DNA of 64,000 nucleotides from Octopus vulgaris (lineage: Eukaryota): contig OX597827.1 of NCBI GenBank assembly GCA_951406725.2, forward strand, positions 20,336,001 through 20,400,000, given 5' to 3'. Each line of letters starts with the position of its first letter. Within the stretch, counting starts at the first letter, position 1. Shown piece after piece: positions 1 to 13,128 of this stretch. The notes under the pieces were generated by a model. It ran no database searches. It was not told the origin of the DNA and saw nothing but the letters and a program-made list of their open reading frames with translations. The position numbers were made by a program, and so were the translations under genes.

Positions 1-1186
1 ATCAATGTATTAAGTTAAATGACTGCAAAAGGTACAATAAATGATTGATAACAGAGATGGTTAAAGATGATTAAAGTTGAAATGTTAAGGTATGAATAAA
101 GAAATAGACAATTGTTAGATGAATAAAATATAAGCAAATCTCAGTGGTGGTGGTCTTTACAGGCTGGATTAAAGTTAGAAAATGAAGTTGGTATCTTCAG
201 AACAGACTTTTGGGTTTGTTGTGGATGTAAAATTGTAAGACACAAAGAAATTCTTTTCATGAGGTTTATTTAGAGATTACTTCCAGACATGGGTTTCTCT
301 TGAGCATACACTGCAAGGTCTCATATTTTTGATTAGAAGAACGTTAAGTTCATACACAAATGGAAAACAGTCTTTGTGTGTGTGTACCAGAGAAAGAGGG
401 ATGGGCAGAACAGTTTTGTAGTCGGACCTCACAAATGCTTACAGGTCCCGGGCTGCACAAAAGTAGTACAGAAGGTTCTTGAAAAACACCATGTGCTCAG
501 TAAAACCAATAACTTCATTCCAGATTATTATTCCTGTTTTTGGATAAACACTGGTTTGGCACATGCATAAATACAGCAGCCCGAATTAGTGGAGGAGAAA
601 TGCCAAGGATCTAGACAAAGACCAAGATGCAACAATCAATGATAGAAATTTTCAATGATGATTTGACTCAACGTCGTTATTAGTCACTGGTGGCAGGCAC
701 TTCATGGGTAACAGTGGAATTTTAACCATCTCCACATCAACAGAACAATCAGTCGAGAACATTGTTGCTTGAAATACATGGGACTACCAACTGCAAAGTC
801 AGCAGAGCCCTTAAGGTCTAGCATAGCAAGGTCAACAAATATAAGGTTGTCTTGTTATGTCAAGGCATCGTTATATGAGCTTACCAGTTCTGGTCAGTGG
901 TCTTCGATATGATCAGCCATTTGAGATGGCTACAGAAGAGAATTTGTAGTGAAACAGAGTCCAGGGACCTCAAAGCAGTGTCAGATCCTGTTGAGCTGTT
1001 CAATTATTGCCAGTAAGGAAGACACACATTAAATGATGACGACGATGAGGAGGATAAGAATATATATATATATATATACATGCACACACACACACAAGTA
1101 AACAAAAAAAAGGTGGAAAAAATAGTACTCGACTGCCAAAGATAAAGTAAAAGCTATTTTATTAAAGCTGAAAAAAATCTTCACAG

Positions 1187-1224
1187 ATTGTTACTCAGTT
1201 TCACATGGCTGTTCATCAAACAGT
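1187..1224 (-). ncRNA. Degenerate minimal type-I hammerhead ribozyme motif (Penelope-like remnant)
   Basis: Minus strand reads CTGT-TTGATGA-ACAGCCATGT-GAAAC-TGA-GTA-ACAA. It has a C3U core change, stem II ACA/TGT, and the same architecture as the motif at 31181-31218. Confidence 0.5.
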
Positions 1225-1860
1225 TGCAATAATATTGAATCATAAAAAAAGATAGATGTATACATGTCTAAAATATATATTTTATGTATATAATATATTA
1301 TGTGTATATTTGTTTAAATATTATCATCATTTATATATAACATATATCTTGATGATGTTTATGATATACATACACATTTTATCTATTTAAAGTTATTAAT
1401 GAGGGAATACCAATTTGAACAAAATACTTGATAAGCGTATGCTTATGGAAGAGTCCGAGATTATAGTTCATCACCATTCTATTTTGTAAGTCCATAGTCT
1501 ATTTACATATCTATCTATTGATTGATCGATCCATCTATCTACCTACCACTTCCAGCCAAACTGTTTAACCGATGCTAGCATGGAAAACAGAAGCTAAATG
1601 ATGACGATGATGATGATATATGTGTGTGTGTGTGTGTATATACACAGACACACACACACTTTTTGTACACTTACCATCAAAAACCGTCTTGAGTTATAAA
1701 AGAAAATGGCTTTGGGTTATTTGTTTTCATTTCAATGTTGTTTGGGTTTATGAGAAAAGTTACTTTCAAAAAGTTGGCCTACTTTTGATAAAACACAAAT
1801 ATTCCTCTTTGTTGAATCTCTGTGCATGTGTCCTACACCATTTATCTGCATGTTTGCCAG

Positions 1861-1923
1861 CTTCACTTCCAACTGTAAGTGTCCAGCGAGCTGAATCTGA
1901 GAGGCAGCCACACACACCAGAAA
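1861..1923 (+). CDS. hts: Adducin internal exon (63 nt, phase 1-1), xSLPTVSVQRAESERQPHTPE
   Basis: tttgccAG acceptor and A|GTAAGT donor. The frame is open and phase-compatible with exon 3388-3444 (A+TG=M). Confidence 0.6.
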
Positions 1924-1945
1924 GTAAGTCACTTTCAGTCACGCA

Positions 1946-1976
<31 letters not shown>

Positions 1977-3387
1977 CCCCCTCTTTCTACAGATGTGTGT
2001 GTGTGTGTGTGTCACACACACATTCGTCTTTCTGTATTTCTCCCCCTTTTGCTCTTTATCACTCTTGTTGTTTGCCTAAGCTTATGTGCTGCACACTTTT
2101 AAGAAATCTTGTTATTGCTTGCAGTAATAAATAAACTGATGATGTGATATTCTGAAATAGTCTCCCTTACACTAACATCGAAGGGGAACTGAACTGTACG
2201 ACAAAGTGTCAAAATGAAGGGCTATTATCTGGAGTTTGACCCCCTTCGGCTTTGTCTTTTTTCACATGTAAAATTCAATAATCACCAACCAAGCCCACAG
2301 TTCATCCCCTTCTCTGCCTTACACTTCCCTGGAAACCAATGGTCAGCTTTTGCTCTCTTTTTTTCTTGTTTTCCTGTCCACTTATTGCTCAAAGTGTGGA
2401 ATAAACAGACCATATGTTTATATGGAGCTTAAAGACAAGCAGACATTGGATTAAAGAAATATAAGAAATAACAGCCAAGGCTGAGAGATAATGTGACCAG
2501 GGCAGGGGCCAATGGATGGAGGAATAAAAAAAATTGTTGTAAAAATATATTGCAAGGACTTGGTTTTATTAATCAGATAAAGAATGTCTTTATGATTGTT
2601 GCTAAAGATATTAGGGATTGAGAGAAACAGGTCCCTCGTCTTTGTCTTTATGAAATTAATATATTCTGTAGTGACTGGTAGATTAATTATACAAGTGAGG
2701 ACCGGTTCATAGATAAATATTGGTTGTTTTAAACTGATTCCTCATGGCTTTGCACATATCTGTGTAATAATGTTCTCTGTTTGGCTGCAGCCAGTCCCTC
2801 TGTTGCACTGATTGTTGTAGGAAATTCTTAAAGCTTGATGTTTGCTGTATTCATGAAATATTCAGACAATTGCAATCAGCGGCTCTAAAACAGGTTGGTG
2901 TAAAGGAAATGCTACGTCCTTACACAAGAGAATCGTCATCGAAGGTTCTCGACCCAAGTGTTATTTACAGCATAAATCAAACATTCAACATAGCACCTAC
3001 AGCAGTGTTGTTGATGTGGGCTTTTTTCAAATGTTAGTTGCTGTTGTTTAACAGCAGACCCGATCCTAGTCAGATATTCTACCTTTGGCCATTACATTTG
3101 TGTGTGTAACCTTTTTAATCTTGACACAAAAAGACAACTGTTAAAGCTGAACCAAACTCCTTCCATTCCAACCTATGCCTTCTTTCCCAAACCCCTGTAT
3201 CAGTTCTTAGACTGGTTTCATGTTCTCCACCCCCACCCCTCTTTGTTCCCTCCACACCAGTTTGTTTTTTGTAAGCTTTTTATTCTCGTCTTTCCTTCCT
3301 TCTGCTGCATGTTTCTCTTGATTTTCTTTTATTACTTTCAAAGCTGTTGCTGCTGTTTGCATGTCTTTCGTTGTTCTGTTTGTGTAG

Positions 3388-3444
3388 TGATCCAAGAGCT
3401 GCAGAGGCGCAACTTGGAGCGGTCAAAATCAGACCGCAAGTATG
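3388..3444 (+). CDS. hts: Adducin internal exon (57 nt, phase 1-1), MIQELQRRNLERSKSDRKY
   Basis: Pyrimidine tract, tgtgtAG acceptor and G|GTAAGA donor. Joins in frame to 7986 (G+GA=G). Confidence 0.7.
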
Positions 3445-4559
3445 GTAAGACTAATACTTTCTTCATTGAATATATACTCTCGCTCGCACTTCGTGACACC
3501 AAGCTTCACTAGCTTAGGATTCAGAACTTTTCTAGACCTGTTTTCCACTGATACCCAACAGACTATGCACCAAGTTTGTCAGTGACAAATCGTATAATCC
3601 ACTTAATTAAAACCATTTTTAGCTTAACCTCACACCCATCCATTTTCTCTATCTTCTTCTTCTCTCTTCGTATTTAATTTTCTTATTTCCTTTTACTTAT
3701 TTTCTCTCAACACAACTTCAGTTTTTTTCAAGCAAAGGACTCTCTCTCTTCAAGTGGGTGGTGAGGAGAGTAAGGCAATTTGTTTTCAGCTGGATTTCCC
3801 TTCCAAACGGACTTTATCTCCTCCTGGAATTAACAAAATACTTAGTTTGAACTACGACTGGACATCATATTAAAACTTAAGCATTAGCAAGGTGAGCTTA
3901 GAATGTAGAAATATTCTTGGTTTAATCCCCTCTCCTCAATTTTACGTAGCACCACAAAAGCAAAGATGTTGTCACTTTTGCCATCTTTTTTCACAACTGA
4001 GTTTAGTAGTAGAGTGTTGGGTACATTCTCTCTAAGCAAATATTGAACATGCCTAGCTGTAAAATAGAGCTGATTACTTCCTGTAATGAACAATAGGGGA
4101 TATTGCGGATTGCGGTGGGGTTGCTTAGACGAAGGTCAATCCTGGGCTCTCCTAAAGATACCCAAGGACCAGGTGGTAGTGTTAAACAAGGCTGAGATTT
4201 GAACTCAGAATTCAAAAAGATTCTACGAATATTGCTAAGCCTCCAGTATAACCAAATTCAGCCACTCCACTTTTCTAAATAAGAATGATGGGCAAGGTTT
4301 GCCTCAGCAGACTTCTAACATTGTTAGAAATACTGCAAGGCATTTCCCCTGGGACCCCAAATGTTCTGCCACTTTGCTGCCCCATCATCATCATTTGATG
4401 CCTCCCTGTATTTTTTTTTCCAGTTTCACAGGCATAGATTGTCTGTATATGTGTGTGTGTGTGTCTGGGTGTTTGTGCATGTATATATATATATGTGTGT
4501 TTATGCGTGTATGTATATCAGATTATGTTCTCACCAGGAAAGAGGGACAGAACACCTAT

Positions 4560-6330
4560 TTGTGAATGTCAAAACCATTCTTGGTAAAGAAATTTAGAGA
4601 AATTCTGATGTGTGTGACTAAAGAGAAGTTTTAGGCCCCTGTAGCATAGTTGACAACTGGGAATTTCTACAAAAATAACCTGCTTAAGGCTACAGAAGAG
4701 AAATGTGTCTGGAGCAACAGTCCTGACCCAGCCAAAAGTCATATGGAATGCAAAGGTGGTAGGTGACAGGTGTATTTGGGCAAAGGTAAGGCAAAAAGGA
4801 AGAGATATGCACATGTCTTGTGGTGTGAGGATGAGAGGCATGAAGTGTTTAGGATTAGGAAACAGAGTGTAAGAGAGAACCGAGACATGTCATAGGTGAG
4901 AATTGGAATTGGAATGATGAAGGCATACTTGCCACTGATAGGGAAAGTTGCAAGGAAGTTAAATGTGGAGAACACATGGGATGAAGAGGGGCTATCTTGA
5001 GCTGACCCTACAGAGGGGCCAACGATTCAAGTTGATAGTAAAGGCAATTAAAAGAGAAGAGTGAGAAATCTGATGTGATGTGGTGAGGTAGGGTAGAGGA
5101 TTATCATGTGGACATCAAGTCATACAACAGGGAGCCACATCCAGGTGTAACAGGTGTAGTCGTATCCTTGTAAACTGCTACAAAAGCAAAGGAGATTCAT
5201 TAGAGAGAAGAAAATAATGAATTACTGGATCAGGTGATGAAGGTCACACCGAGAGTCATTGCACAATTGACTTAGGACAGGATAGGTCTCAGTGAGATGC
5301 TGTTTTAGTTTTGTGCATGGAAGCAGTGCCATGGATGTAGTCTTCCTCGTGAGGCAACTTCAAGAGAATTATTTGGCCAAGAGCAATCCATTATTCCTGG
5401 CCTTTGTTCACCTGGAGAAGGCATTTGATTGGGTATCATGTACGATGTAATCCGGTGGTTGCTAAGGCAACAAGGCATTGATGAATGGCTTGTGAGAGCT
5501 GTGCAAGCTATGTAGAAAGAAGCATTGAAAGCCAACAATGAATTTAGCATGAAGGTTGGGGTCCACCAAGATTCAGTCCCCCTCCTGTTCATCATAGTTT
5601 TACAGACCATCACAGAAGAGTTTAAGCTGTCCATTGGAACTTGTACATGATGATCTAGTTTTCATAGCCAATTCCAGAGAGGAAATAAAGAGAAAATTAC
5701 TGGCATGGAAGCTAAACCTTGGATTGAGAGATCTTAAGGTAAACTTAGCAAAGACAGAAGTTTTAATAAAGTAGAAAAGCCAGGAGAAACAGTGAAGCTC
5801 AATATACTGAGAAGGAATAATGGGAGACTTTATATGCTGTACCCAGCTGTGGACACAAAGAAAGTAGGTTTCATATGTGAAGGCCTGGATGACTCACTAG
5901 AAGTAGTTGATCAGTTTTGTTACCATGTAGAAGTAATTAGCAATCAAGGAAGCTGGTTGCTTCGACATTAGAGAAGCTGGAGTGAGAATAGGTTGAAGAA
6001 AGTTCAGGGAGCCACTTCTGCAGCTGGCAACAAAAGTTGTTCTCCATCTGAGTAAAGGGCAGATTGTATGAAGTGTGTGTGTTGGAACTGCAATGCTGCA
6101 TGGTAGGGAGACATGGGCCTTGAACAGATAGGACTTGGGAAGGAGTGATGCAAGCATGCTCTATTGGATGTGCAAAGGTGTTGAGAGGGATTGGATGTGG
6201 TGTGGACATGCAGTGTGTATGAATGAGGAGATTTGTGTTAAGTGGGGCTGAAGTGGTGAAGGCTGACCACAAATCCCAGAGCATCATAGAAAAGATGACA
6301 AAGGACAGGGATGCCTAATTATATACAGTT
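4560..6330 (+). mobile_element. Degenerate RTE-clade LINE (RT/thumb region)
   Basis: Disrupted GVHQ..PLLFIIVLQTITEEFK and KFREPLLQLATK...CVGTAMLHGRETWAL segments, homologous to the LINE ORF at 32201-33125. Confidence 0.7.
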
Positions 6331-6899
6331 CTCAAGAAAACAGACCCCACTTTGGTGACAGGCAGAAGTGGACCCCTCCTCCACCCATCATCTCTCTCTC
6401 CCTTGATGCTGCCATTTCTTTTCTTACAACCCAGTTATTCTTTATGAATTCTTCTTCTCTCCTCATCCACTATGTCTTCACTCTCCCACTCCTGCAACCT
6501 ACCCAACCACATCATCTCTCTCCTGTCCTCCTCCAACCCCACTTTCTTCTGCACCCCTTACTTTCCCTGGCTCATGCACCAATGGCCATCCATCACACCC
6601 CACATCCCCTATCTGCTACAGCCACCCTTCCAAATGTTGCTTACTCCCCTTCCCCCATGCATTCTTGCAGGCCTCACCCACCCACTTCTAATTTTGCCCC
6701 CCACCTCCCCCTCATACCTTGAAGGGCCACCTGTACACCTCATCCCCAATACTGATCTTTCCCCAGTTACTACTGATTTGTTCTCACTCTCCCTTAAATG
6801 TGACTAGCCATGTAGCTTCTCTCTCATAAGAACTTGCTCTGTCCCTCCCCCAACCCCACTTCTCTTACACCTCACCCCTAACCCACCCTTGTGAACTGC

Positions 6900-7090
6900 A
6901 TGGAAGCATGAGGAAGGCACCCAGTACACTCTGCAAAGTGGTCATTGTTTGGAAGAGCAGCCAGTTGCAGGGACCATGTCAGGGCAGGTACTGGGTGCAT
7001 GATGCAGTCCTTGGGCCCATCAGATCCTGTCAAACCATCCAACCCATGCCAGCATGGAACATGGACAATGATGATGGTGATGCTGATGGT
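6900..7090 (+). mobile_element. RTE LINE 3' UTR/tail copy
   Basis: Ends CCAACCCATGCCAGCATGGAAC..(GAT)n, shared with many other copies in the window. Confidence 0.75.
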
Positions 7091-7985
7091 TATATATAGA
7101 TATGTACCCATGTGATCTTTTATACAAAGGCACAGCGGGTGGGGGGTGTTGTCAGTTTTTCCTGTTGATGAGTTGTTTGGTCAGTTTATGGAATAAGTGA
7201 TCCTTTATTCGTGTGCGAGGAAGGGTGTCCAGCTTTGAAACAATCTTTGAATAACTCATCCAAACAATAAAAGGTTTATGAATCTCTAAAGCAGGGTCCA
7301 AAAGATCCCATTATATAATAACCTTGTTTATAAGTGAACATTATTATTATTACCATATATGGTCAATGATAAATGCCTCAATAAGCCTTCTTACTCACAA
7401 CACAACAACATTCGTCTTATTTTTATTTCATTTCTTTTTTTTTTCCCTGCTTCTTCTGCTGGGTCCAATGTTGGCTATGAATGACCAGTGAACTCTCATC
7501 CAGCCAACATAGACTCTATATACAACCATATTTCCAAGGGAGAATAAATTACTTGACAGGACCACTGTTCCACTGTTTATTCTTAATTTTATATTCCATT
7601 GCCTTCAGAAATGACAGTGTTGTATGTCCATTTATGTGGTGAAGAGAAATCGTTCCAGAGCTGCATGTAAATTTACACCATTACAGCACTCCTAGATTTT
7701 TTTTCAAGGATTTTCCATATATTTTTTTCCCATTTTGCATGGCAACCTTTATAGGTTTTGTTTGTTGAATGCTTTTCTGAAGAAATTTCAGCAAAACTTT
7801 GAGAATTTTCCATTTTGACGAATTCACTTAATTAATCCAGTTGTAAATGTAGTTGGTCAGTCTATCAATTGACCAGTTGTTACCATTTGAAATTGGTTTA
7901 CCAGTTTGGGCATTGTTGCTGGTCTTATGTTTCTTTGAATGTGGTAACCTTTGCCTGAACCGTTTTATTCCTCACCTTTTAACAG

Positions 7986-8095
7986 GAGAGAAAAGAGATG
8001 AAGAGAAACCTGGGTCCCCTGCCAAGTCTGATACACTGAGATCAACAGACAGTGCTAGCGGTGGTGAAACTCTTGATGACAGGAGCAGCAAGGAG
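7986..8095 (+). CDS. hts: Adducin penultimate coding exon, GEKRDEEKPGSPAKSDTLRSTDSASGGETLDDRSSKE
   Basis: ttttaacAG acceptor and GAG|GTGAG donor, phase 1 to 0. Splices in frame to the terminal exon. Confidence 0.88.
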
Positions 8096-8387
8096 GTGAG
8101 AACCATTTCCCTTCTCCAATTATTATAACTGAAATACTGTTCAATCCACTCGAGAGCTGCCCTCAACCTGATGTCTCTGTTATTTTGGAAACCATTGTTT
8201 ATTAGGAGAGTTGATTAGTTTTGTTCAGTAAAGAATTGGAACAGTGTAAGACATTCTCCTGTGTCATTAGCAATATTTTTGTTATTCTGCATCACACATT
8301 GACCGATTGTCCATCACGTTTCATATTATACACCCTCTGTCCATTATATGCATCATATCTGTATGTTGTTTGCATTTACCATTGCAG

Positions 8388-8492
8388 GGCTCTCCAACCA
8401 AGGAAAATCCTTCACCAACAAAGAAGGAGAAGAAGAAGAAGAAATTCCGTATTCCATCCTTCTCGAAAAAGAAGAAGGAAGCAAAGGAGTAG
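8388..8492 (+). CDS. hts: Adducin terminal coding exon with MARCKS-related domain, GSPTKENPSPTKKEKKKKKFRIPSFSKKKKEAKE*
   Basis: attgcAG acceptor. KKKKKFRIPSFSKKKK matches the adducin C-terminal basic motif (KKKKKFRTPSFLKK in vertebrate adducins). TAG at 8490-8492. Confidence 0.9.
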   Translation, partial: GSPTKENPSPTKKEKKKKKFRIPSFSKKKKEAKE

Positions 8493-9671
8493 AACTTGCT
8501 GTTGTTTCTGTTGTTGTTGTCGTTGTCAGTATGGGTGGTGGCCAGCTGGAGTTACCACAATTTATGTGCCCTTTCTTTTGGAAGGCCAGGAGTGGCTTTC
8601 TGTCCAAATTCTGTCTGTTTGTGCCTACTTATCAGATGTTGGAGGAAGGCAAGCCATGTCCAAGCCACTCCAAACACACACATGCGCACACACACACAAT
8701 AATAAATATTAATTCCCATGGAAGTCTTCTGGGAGACTTTATCTAAAAATAAGTCATACATCTATTATCTTAAGATCCAGTGCCCTGGCATTAGCATGCA
8801 GCCCTCATTGATCAGCATTTCTGCATTTTAAACAACCAATTCAATCTGCCCCCCAACCCTTTTTGTGTGTGTGTGTGTGTGGCAGATGACATCCCTTTAG
8901 CTAAACATCCAAATTATAACTGGCTCAAAGCATTATTCTCCTCTACATCTTTGTTACTATTTCCTATCATAGATTTACAACTTTCCTACATTTACATGCA
9001 TACGTCAAATATACATACATACATACAAACACGCATATGCATACACACACACACACACACAACTTTGATCCTCTGCAAATGAAATATGAGCATTTTCTTT
9101 TATTTCTTCCTTATGTTGATATTTTCTATAAAGACATTCTTCAAAATAATTATGGAACAACTTGTTTTGAATCTTGGTTTCTCCTGTTTATATCTTGTTT
9201 GGCTTTGTTTTTGTTTAAAAGAAAGAAAGAAAAGAGTGAAGCCACACCCTGTGCACCTATCCAGGGGCAAAACTGACATTGCAGATACGTTTCCCTGTGT
9301 TTTCATTGCCTGAACATTGAAGACAGAGAAAATAGCAACAATGTTAATGTACCTCGAACAAATTGACAGTTACAACACGTACAAAGCTTTCTTTCTTTAC
9401 CGTTTAACTTTTATTATTATTATTATTATTATTTCTCACCCCATTTTCGATACGTTTTGTGTCATTTTTCTGTTTTATTATTTTGTTGTTAAGGGGAGAG
9501 ACCTGTCCCAGCTGGCCACTGACACACAAGCATACACAACAAATGCGTTGTGATGCAGAGACACCCTCAATACATGTATTCAACACGACAACTTCACTGC
9601 GATGCAATGTCTGTCTATCTTTCTCTAATCTGTGTGTGTGTGTGTGTGTGCGTGCATGTATGTATGTATGC

Positions 9672-9702
<31 letters not shown>

Positions 9703-9875
9703 CACATATATATATATATATATATAAATCTATGATGCAATTAACAGCTATGCTATTGAAATTTTTATTTTTATGTCTCTTTATACTGTTTATGCGCAAG
9801 CTAAAAGATTAGTAGCATTGAAAGCACGCACGCACACACAGTGTCTGTGTGTGTGTGAGTTTATATACATGCATG

Positions 9876-9907
<32 letters not shown>

Positions 9908-9939
9908 CCTACATATATAAATATATACATACATATAGA

Positions 9940-10145
9940 TATATATATATGCATGCATATATAGATATATATGAATGCATATATAGATATATATGCATGC
10001 ATATATAGATATATATATATGCATGCATATATAGATATATATATATGCATGCATATATAGATATATATGAATGCATATATAGATATATATGAATGCATAT
10101 ATAGATATATATATATGAATGCATGTATATATATATATATATGCA
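9940..10145. repeat. Minisatellite, ~20-26 bp units GCATATATAGATATATAT(AT)nG(A/C)AT
   Basis: Several visible tandem units. Confidence 0.85.
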
Positions 10146-12086
10146 TACATACATGTGTGTATATATATATTACACACACATATATATATAAACTCTGTGT
10201 GTGGGTGGGGTTAACTAAAACTGCCATGCTAAGAATTGTAATGTAAAATGGTCTGGAAAGAAATGTTTGGTCTGAGTTATGGCAGAAAGATGAAGTGGTT
10301 AGTTTCTCATTTTCTTTCTCATGCTCAATGTTTGAGGCTGGAGAGAAACTTTTGCATTTTATTTTCTCTCTTTATTCTTCATGGAATTATTACAACACTT
10401 GGCTACTTTTCCTTGTGTTATTTACTTTTATTATTATTATTATTATTATCGAATGGTACATTCATTATACATCCAGATATATAACTCCCTTACACATAGC
10501 TGTCAACACGCACACATGTATATATATTTTATATATGAATGTGTGTGTGTGTTTATTATAATAATATAGTTGAATAATGGTGCTCTGCCTCGAATTTATC
10601 TTTCTTTAATGTCACACTTTCATTTCTCCTTATCGTTCCTCATGCTTTCACAATGAGGTAATTAATTAAGGCATTAGTTAGTGTCCCAAATAAATTTAAA
10701 TGAATATTAAATAGATGTTAAAGGAGAATATATATTTTTTTTTGTTCTTAACCAAGGAATATAGGTTTGTGTTATTTTATGTATATATACATATGTGTAT
10801 ATACATATACACACATATTTGTGTATATTTATATATATCTATGCACATACACACAGACATATATATATACACCCTTTCGGTCCAATCATTTCAACTTGAC
10901 CACTGCCACCCTTCAACTCAGTAAGCACCTCTTCATGTTCCTTACCATATTTCTATTCCTCAACCTTTCTCTCTCTACCCCTCCCCCCTTTTCTGATGCT
11001 CTGTTTTAGTGAAGGTCTAATATGGTTTCTCTGGTGACATTTCTGTAACTTCCTTCCACAGTCTTTGGGCTTTCTTTCCTGCTAGATCTGTAACCTTCAG
11101 CTGCTTGCTTCTTTCCTTCTATGTCTGCCATACACATGATGATTATAATGATGCTTTCTGCAACAGAACTGACATTATTGTACCAAACTTCAAGAATAAA
11201 GGTTATATTATGATTCATTTTTGTTTTTTTTTTTATATATGTGTATGTATATTTTTTTCTCTCCTATTTTATTTTGAATTCTCTCTCCTGTGCATTATGA
11301 CACTGTTGCTAGCCATTCCCTGCAGCTGTTTGCTAACACTGCATCTTACTAATTCTTTATGATGGAAGCTAACCATTTCCTTCCAGTTTCAAGAAAATTT
11401 CACCTGATTGACTTCAGGTGTCTTTTATGGTAAGATTGGTTTCTCAGGGTGAAACGTGCTACAGGAAATTGTCCAAACATGGATCTGATGTCTTTGGTTA
11501 GAAGGGCAGCAGTATTTGTAGTGACCCTATTTTTATGACCACCTTCCACCTTGCTAGTTGAGAACTGCTCTGCTCTGTCAGTGCTTACTCGACATTTTAG
11601 TTCTCACCTTGTCTAAAAGAAAAGAAAATTCAAACAGGTGAATTAAGGGAGACAACTACGACTGGCTCAGAATTGAACTAAGCATCCACGCTAATTGCCA
11701 TAATTTTAGTAAGAGACTGTTGTCTGGTTTAAGAGTTAAGCATGGTCCCTGTAGTTTTAGCCCGACCCTTCACCCCACCATACACACAGACCTGAGTGTA
11801 TGTGTTTTGTCGGCCATTCTGTTTAAGAGAGAGCAAACCAAGAGTATATAATTTCATAGAATAAGCCACTTCCTTTCCTGACAGTGCTTTCATTTAGTTA
11901 AGGAAAGAATTAAATTCAATACAGCTTTATATTTTTTTCATTCCTTCTCTTTCCCTCCCCCCCACTTCTCAAATTATTTTTTTAAACCCCACTTGTCAAC
12001 TGAATTGCCTCCATTTTAATCTGATTTCTTTTTTTTTTTTTTTTTCCAATTCCTTTTTCTGAACATTACAGAATGTAAAAGAAAAT

Positions 12087-12092
12087 AATAAA
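12087..12092 (+). terminator. Candidate distal polyadenylation signal AATAAA
   Basis: AATAAA followed by a T/GT-rich tract at 12105-12170. Proximal AATAAA candidates also occur at 8701 and ~11195. Confidence 0.4.
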
Positions 12093-12210
12093 GAAGATTG
12101 CTTCAATTCTTTCTTTACTTCACTTTTGATTTATTTGTTTCAAGTTGTTTTATTTTTATTGATTCCTAAAATATTTCTCATTTTTGACTGTTTCTGTCAT
12201 CCGTCCATTT

Positions 12211-12290
12211 ACAATGTCCACTTGTCTGTGACATCCACCTATTAGCAATGTCACCTGTCTATACGATGTCCACCTGTCTACAATGTCCAT
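12211..12290. repeat. Degenerate ~17-bp tandem repeat (ACAATGTCCACCTGTCT)
   Basis: 4-5 imperfect units. Confidence 0.7.
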
Positions 12291-12489
12291 TGGCCATGTC
12301 CCTCTCTCTCTGTTTAATTATAAACTACTGAAAAACTTGTTTTTTAAAATCAAATTATTGTTTTTGTTATATATTTTCTTGGTGGCATGGCCATTGCACT
12401 GGCAGAATAGTCAGCTGGCCAGGCAAGATGCTTTGCAGCATTTCTTCTGGGTTCAAGTCCTGCAAACTCTGGCCTTCCTGGGGCACCCT

Positions 12490-12790
12490 CTTTGAAGAAT
12501 TTTTAGTCAAATGGATTGACTCCAGTCAAACCTGGTCCTTATTTTATTGGTCTTTTGCCAAACCACTAAGCTACGGGGATGTAAACACACCAACACTAGT
12601 TGTCAAGTGGTGGTGATGGGGGACAACCAGACACACAAAGACTCACATATGTGACAGGCTTCTTTCAGTTCCTGTCTACCAAATCCCAAGGGTATAGCAG
12701 GAGACACTTGCCCAAATTTGCCACTCAGAGGAACTGAACCCAGAGTCATGTGATTGGGGAAGCAAGCTTCTTACCACACAACCAACTCTT
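12490..12790 (-). mobile_element. Degenerate tRNA-derived SINE (same family as 24521-24924)
   Basis: Shared blocks GACACTTGCCCAA, GGAACTGAACCC and GTAAACACACCAAC. Confidence 0.7.
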
Positions 12791-12900
12791 ATCCTTTCAG
12801 GGTCAATAGAGGAGTCACGTGCTTGATGAAGTTGACTGTCCCCTGCCTTTCCAAAATTGCTGGCCTTGTGCCATAATTTGGAACCATTATTATTTATAGA

Positions 12901-13128
12901 GCAGCGAGGTGGCAAAATCGTTAGCATTGCTGGGTGAATTGCTTAACAGTATTTTGCCCATCACTACATTCTGAGTTCAAATTCTGCCAAGGTCAACTTT
13001 GCCTTTCATCCTTTCAGGGTCAATAAATTAAGTACCAGTGAAACTCTGGGGTTGATGTAATCGACTAGTCCTCCTCCCCCAAAATTTCAGGCCTTGTGAC
13101 TTCAGTAGAAATGGTTATTATTATTATT
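12901..13128 (+). mobile_element. tRNA-derived SINE with Nin/Deu-like central domain
   Basis: A-box-like TGGCAAAATCGTTAG, B-box GAGTTCAAATTC, core GCCTTTCATCCTTTCAGGGTCAATAAATTAAGTACCAG, and (TTA)n tail. Confidence 0.85.

Larger units (their letters stand above)
8493..12110 (+). other. Putative long 3' UTR of adducin
   Basis: No recognisable SINE, LINE or MITE for ~3.6 kb after the stop (only simple repeats). Ends at an AATAAA with a T-rich downstream tract, and TEs resume shortly afterwards. Confidence 0.5.

Noticed and set aside
1-1030. Possible coding or LINE-derived sequence
   Set aside because: No ORF with splice support or recognisable motif, apart from a (GAT)n-like tail near 1030-1050.
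1861-1880. Internal GTAAGT at 1875 as a donor giving a 14-nt exon
   Set aside because: It would shift the frame relative to the downstream phase-1 exons, and the exonic context (ACT|GT) is weak.
9404-10227. Many overlapping ORFs rich in YI/CV/HT dipeptides (also near 36.4, 38.0, 46.4, 59.0 and 62.4 kb)
   Set aside because: They are translations of (TA)n, (TG)n and (CA)n microsatellites, which lack stop codons.
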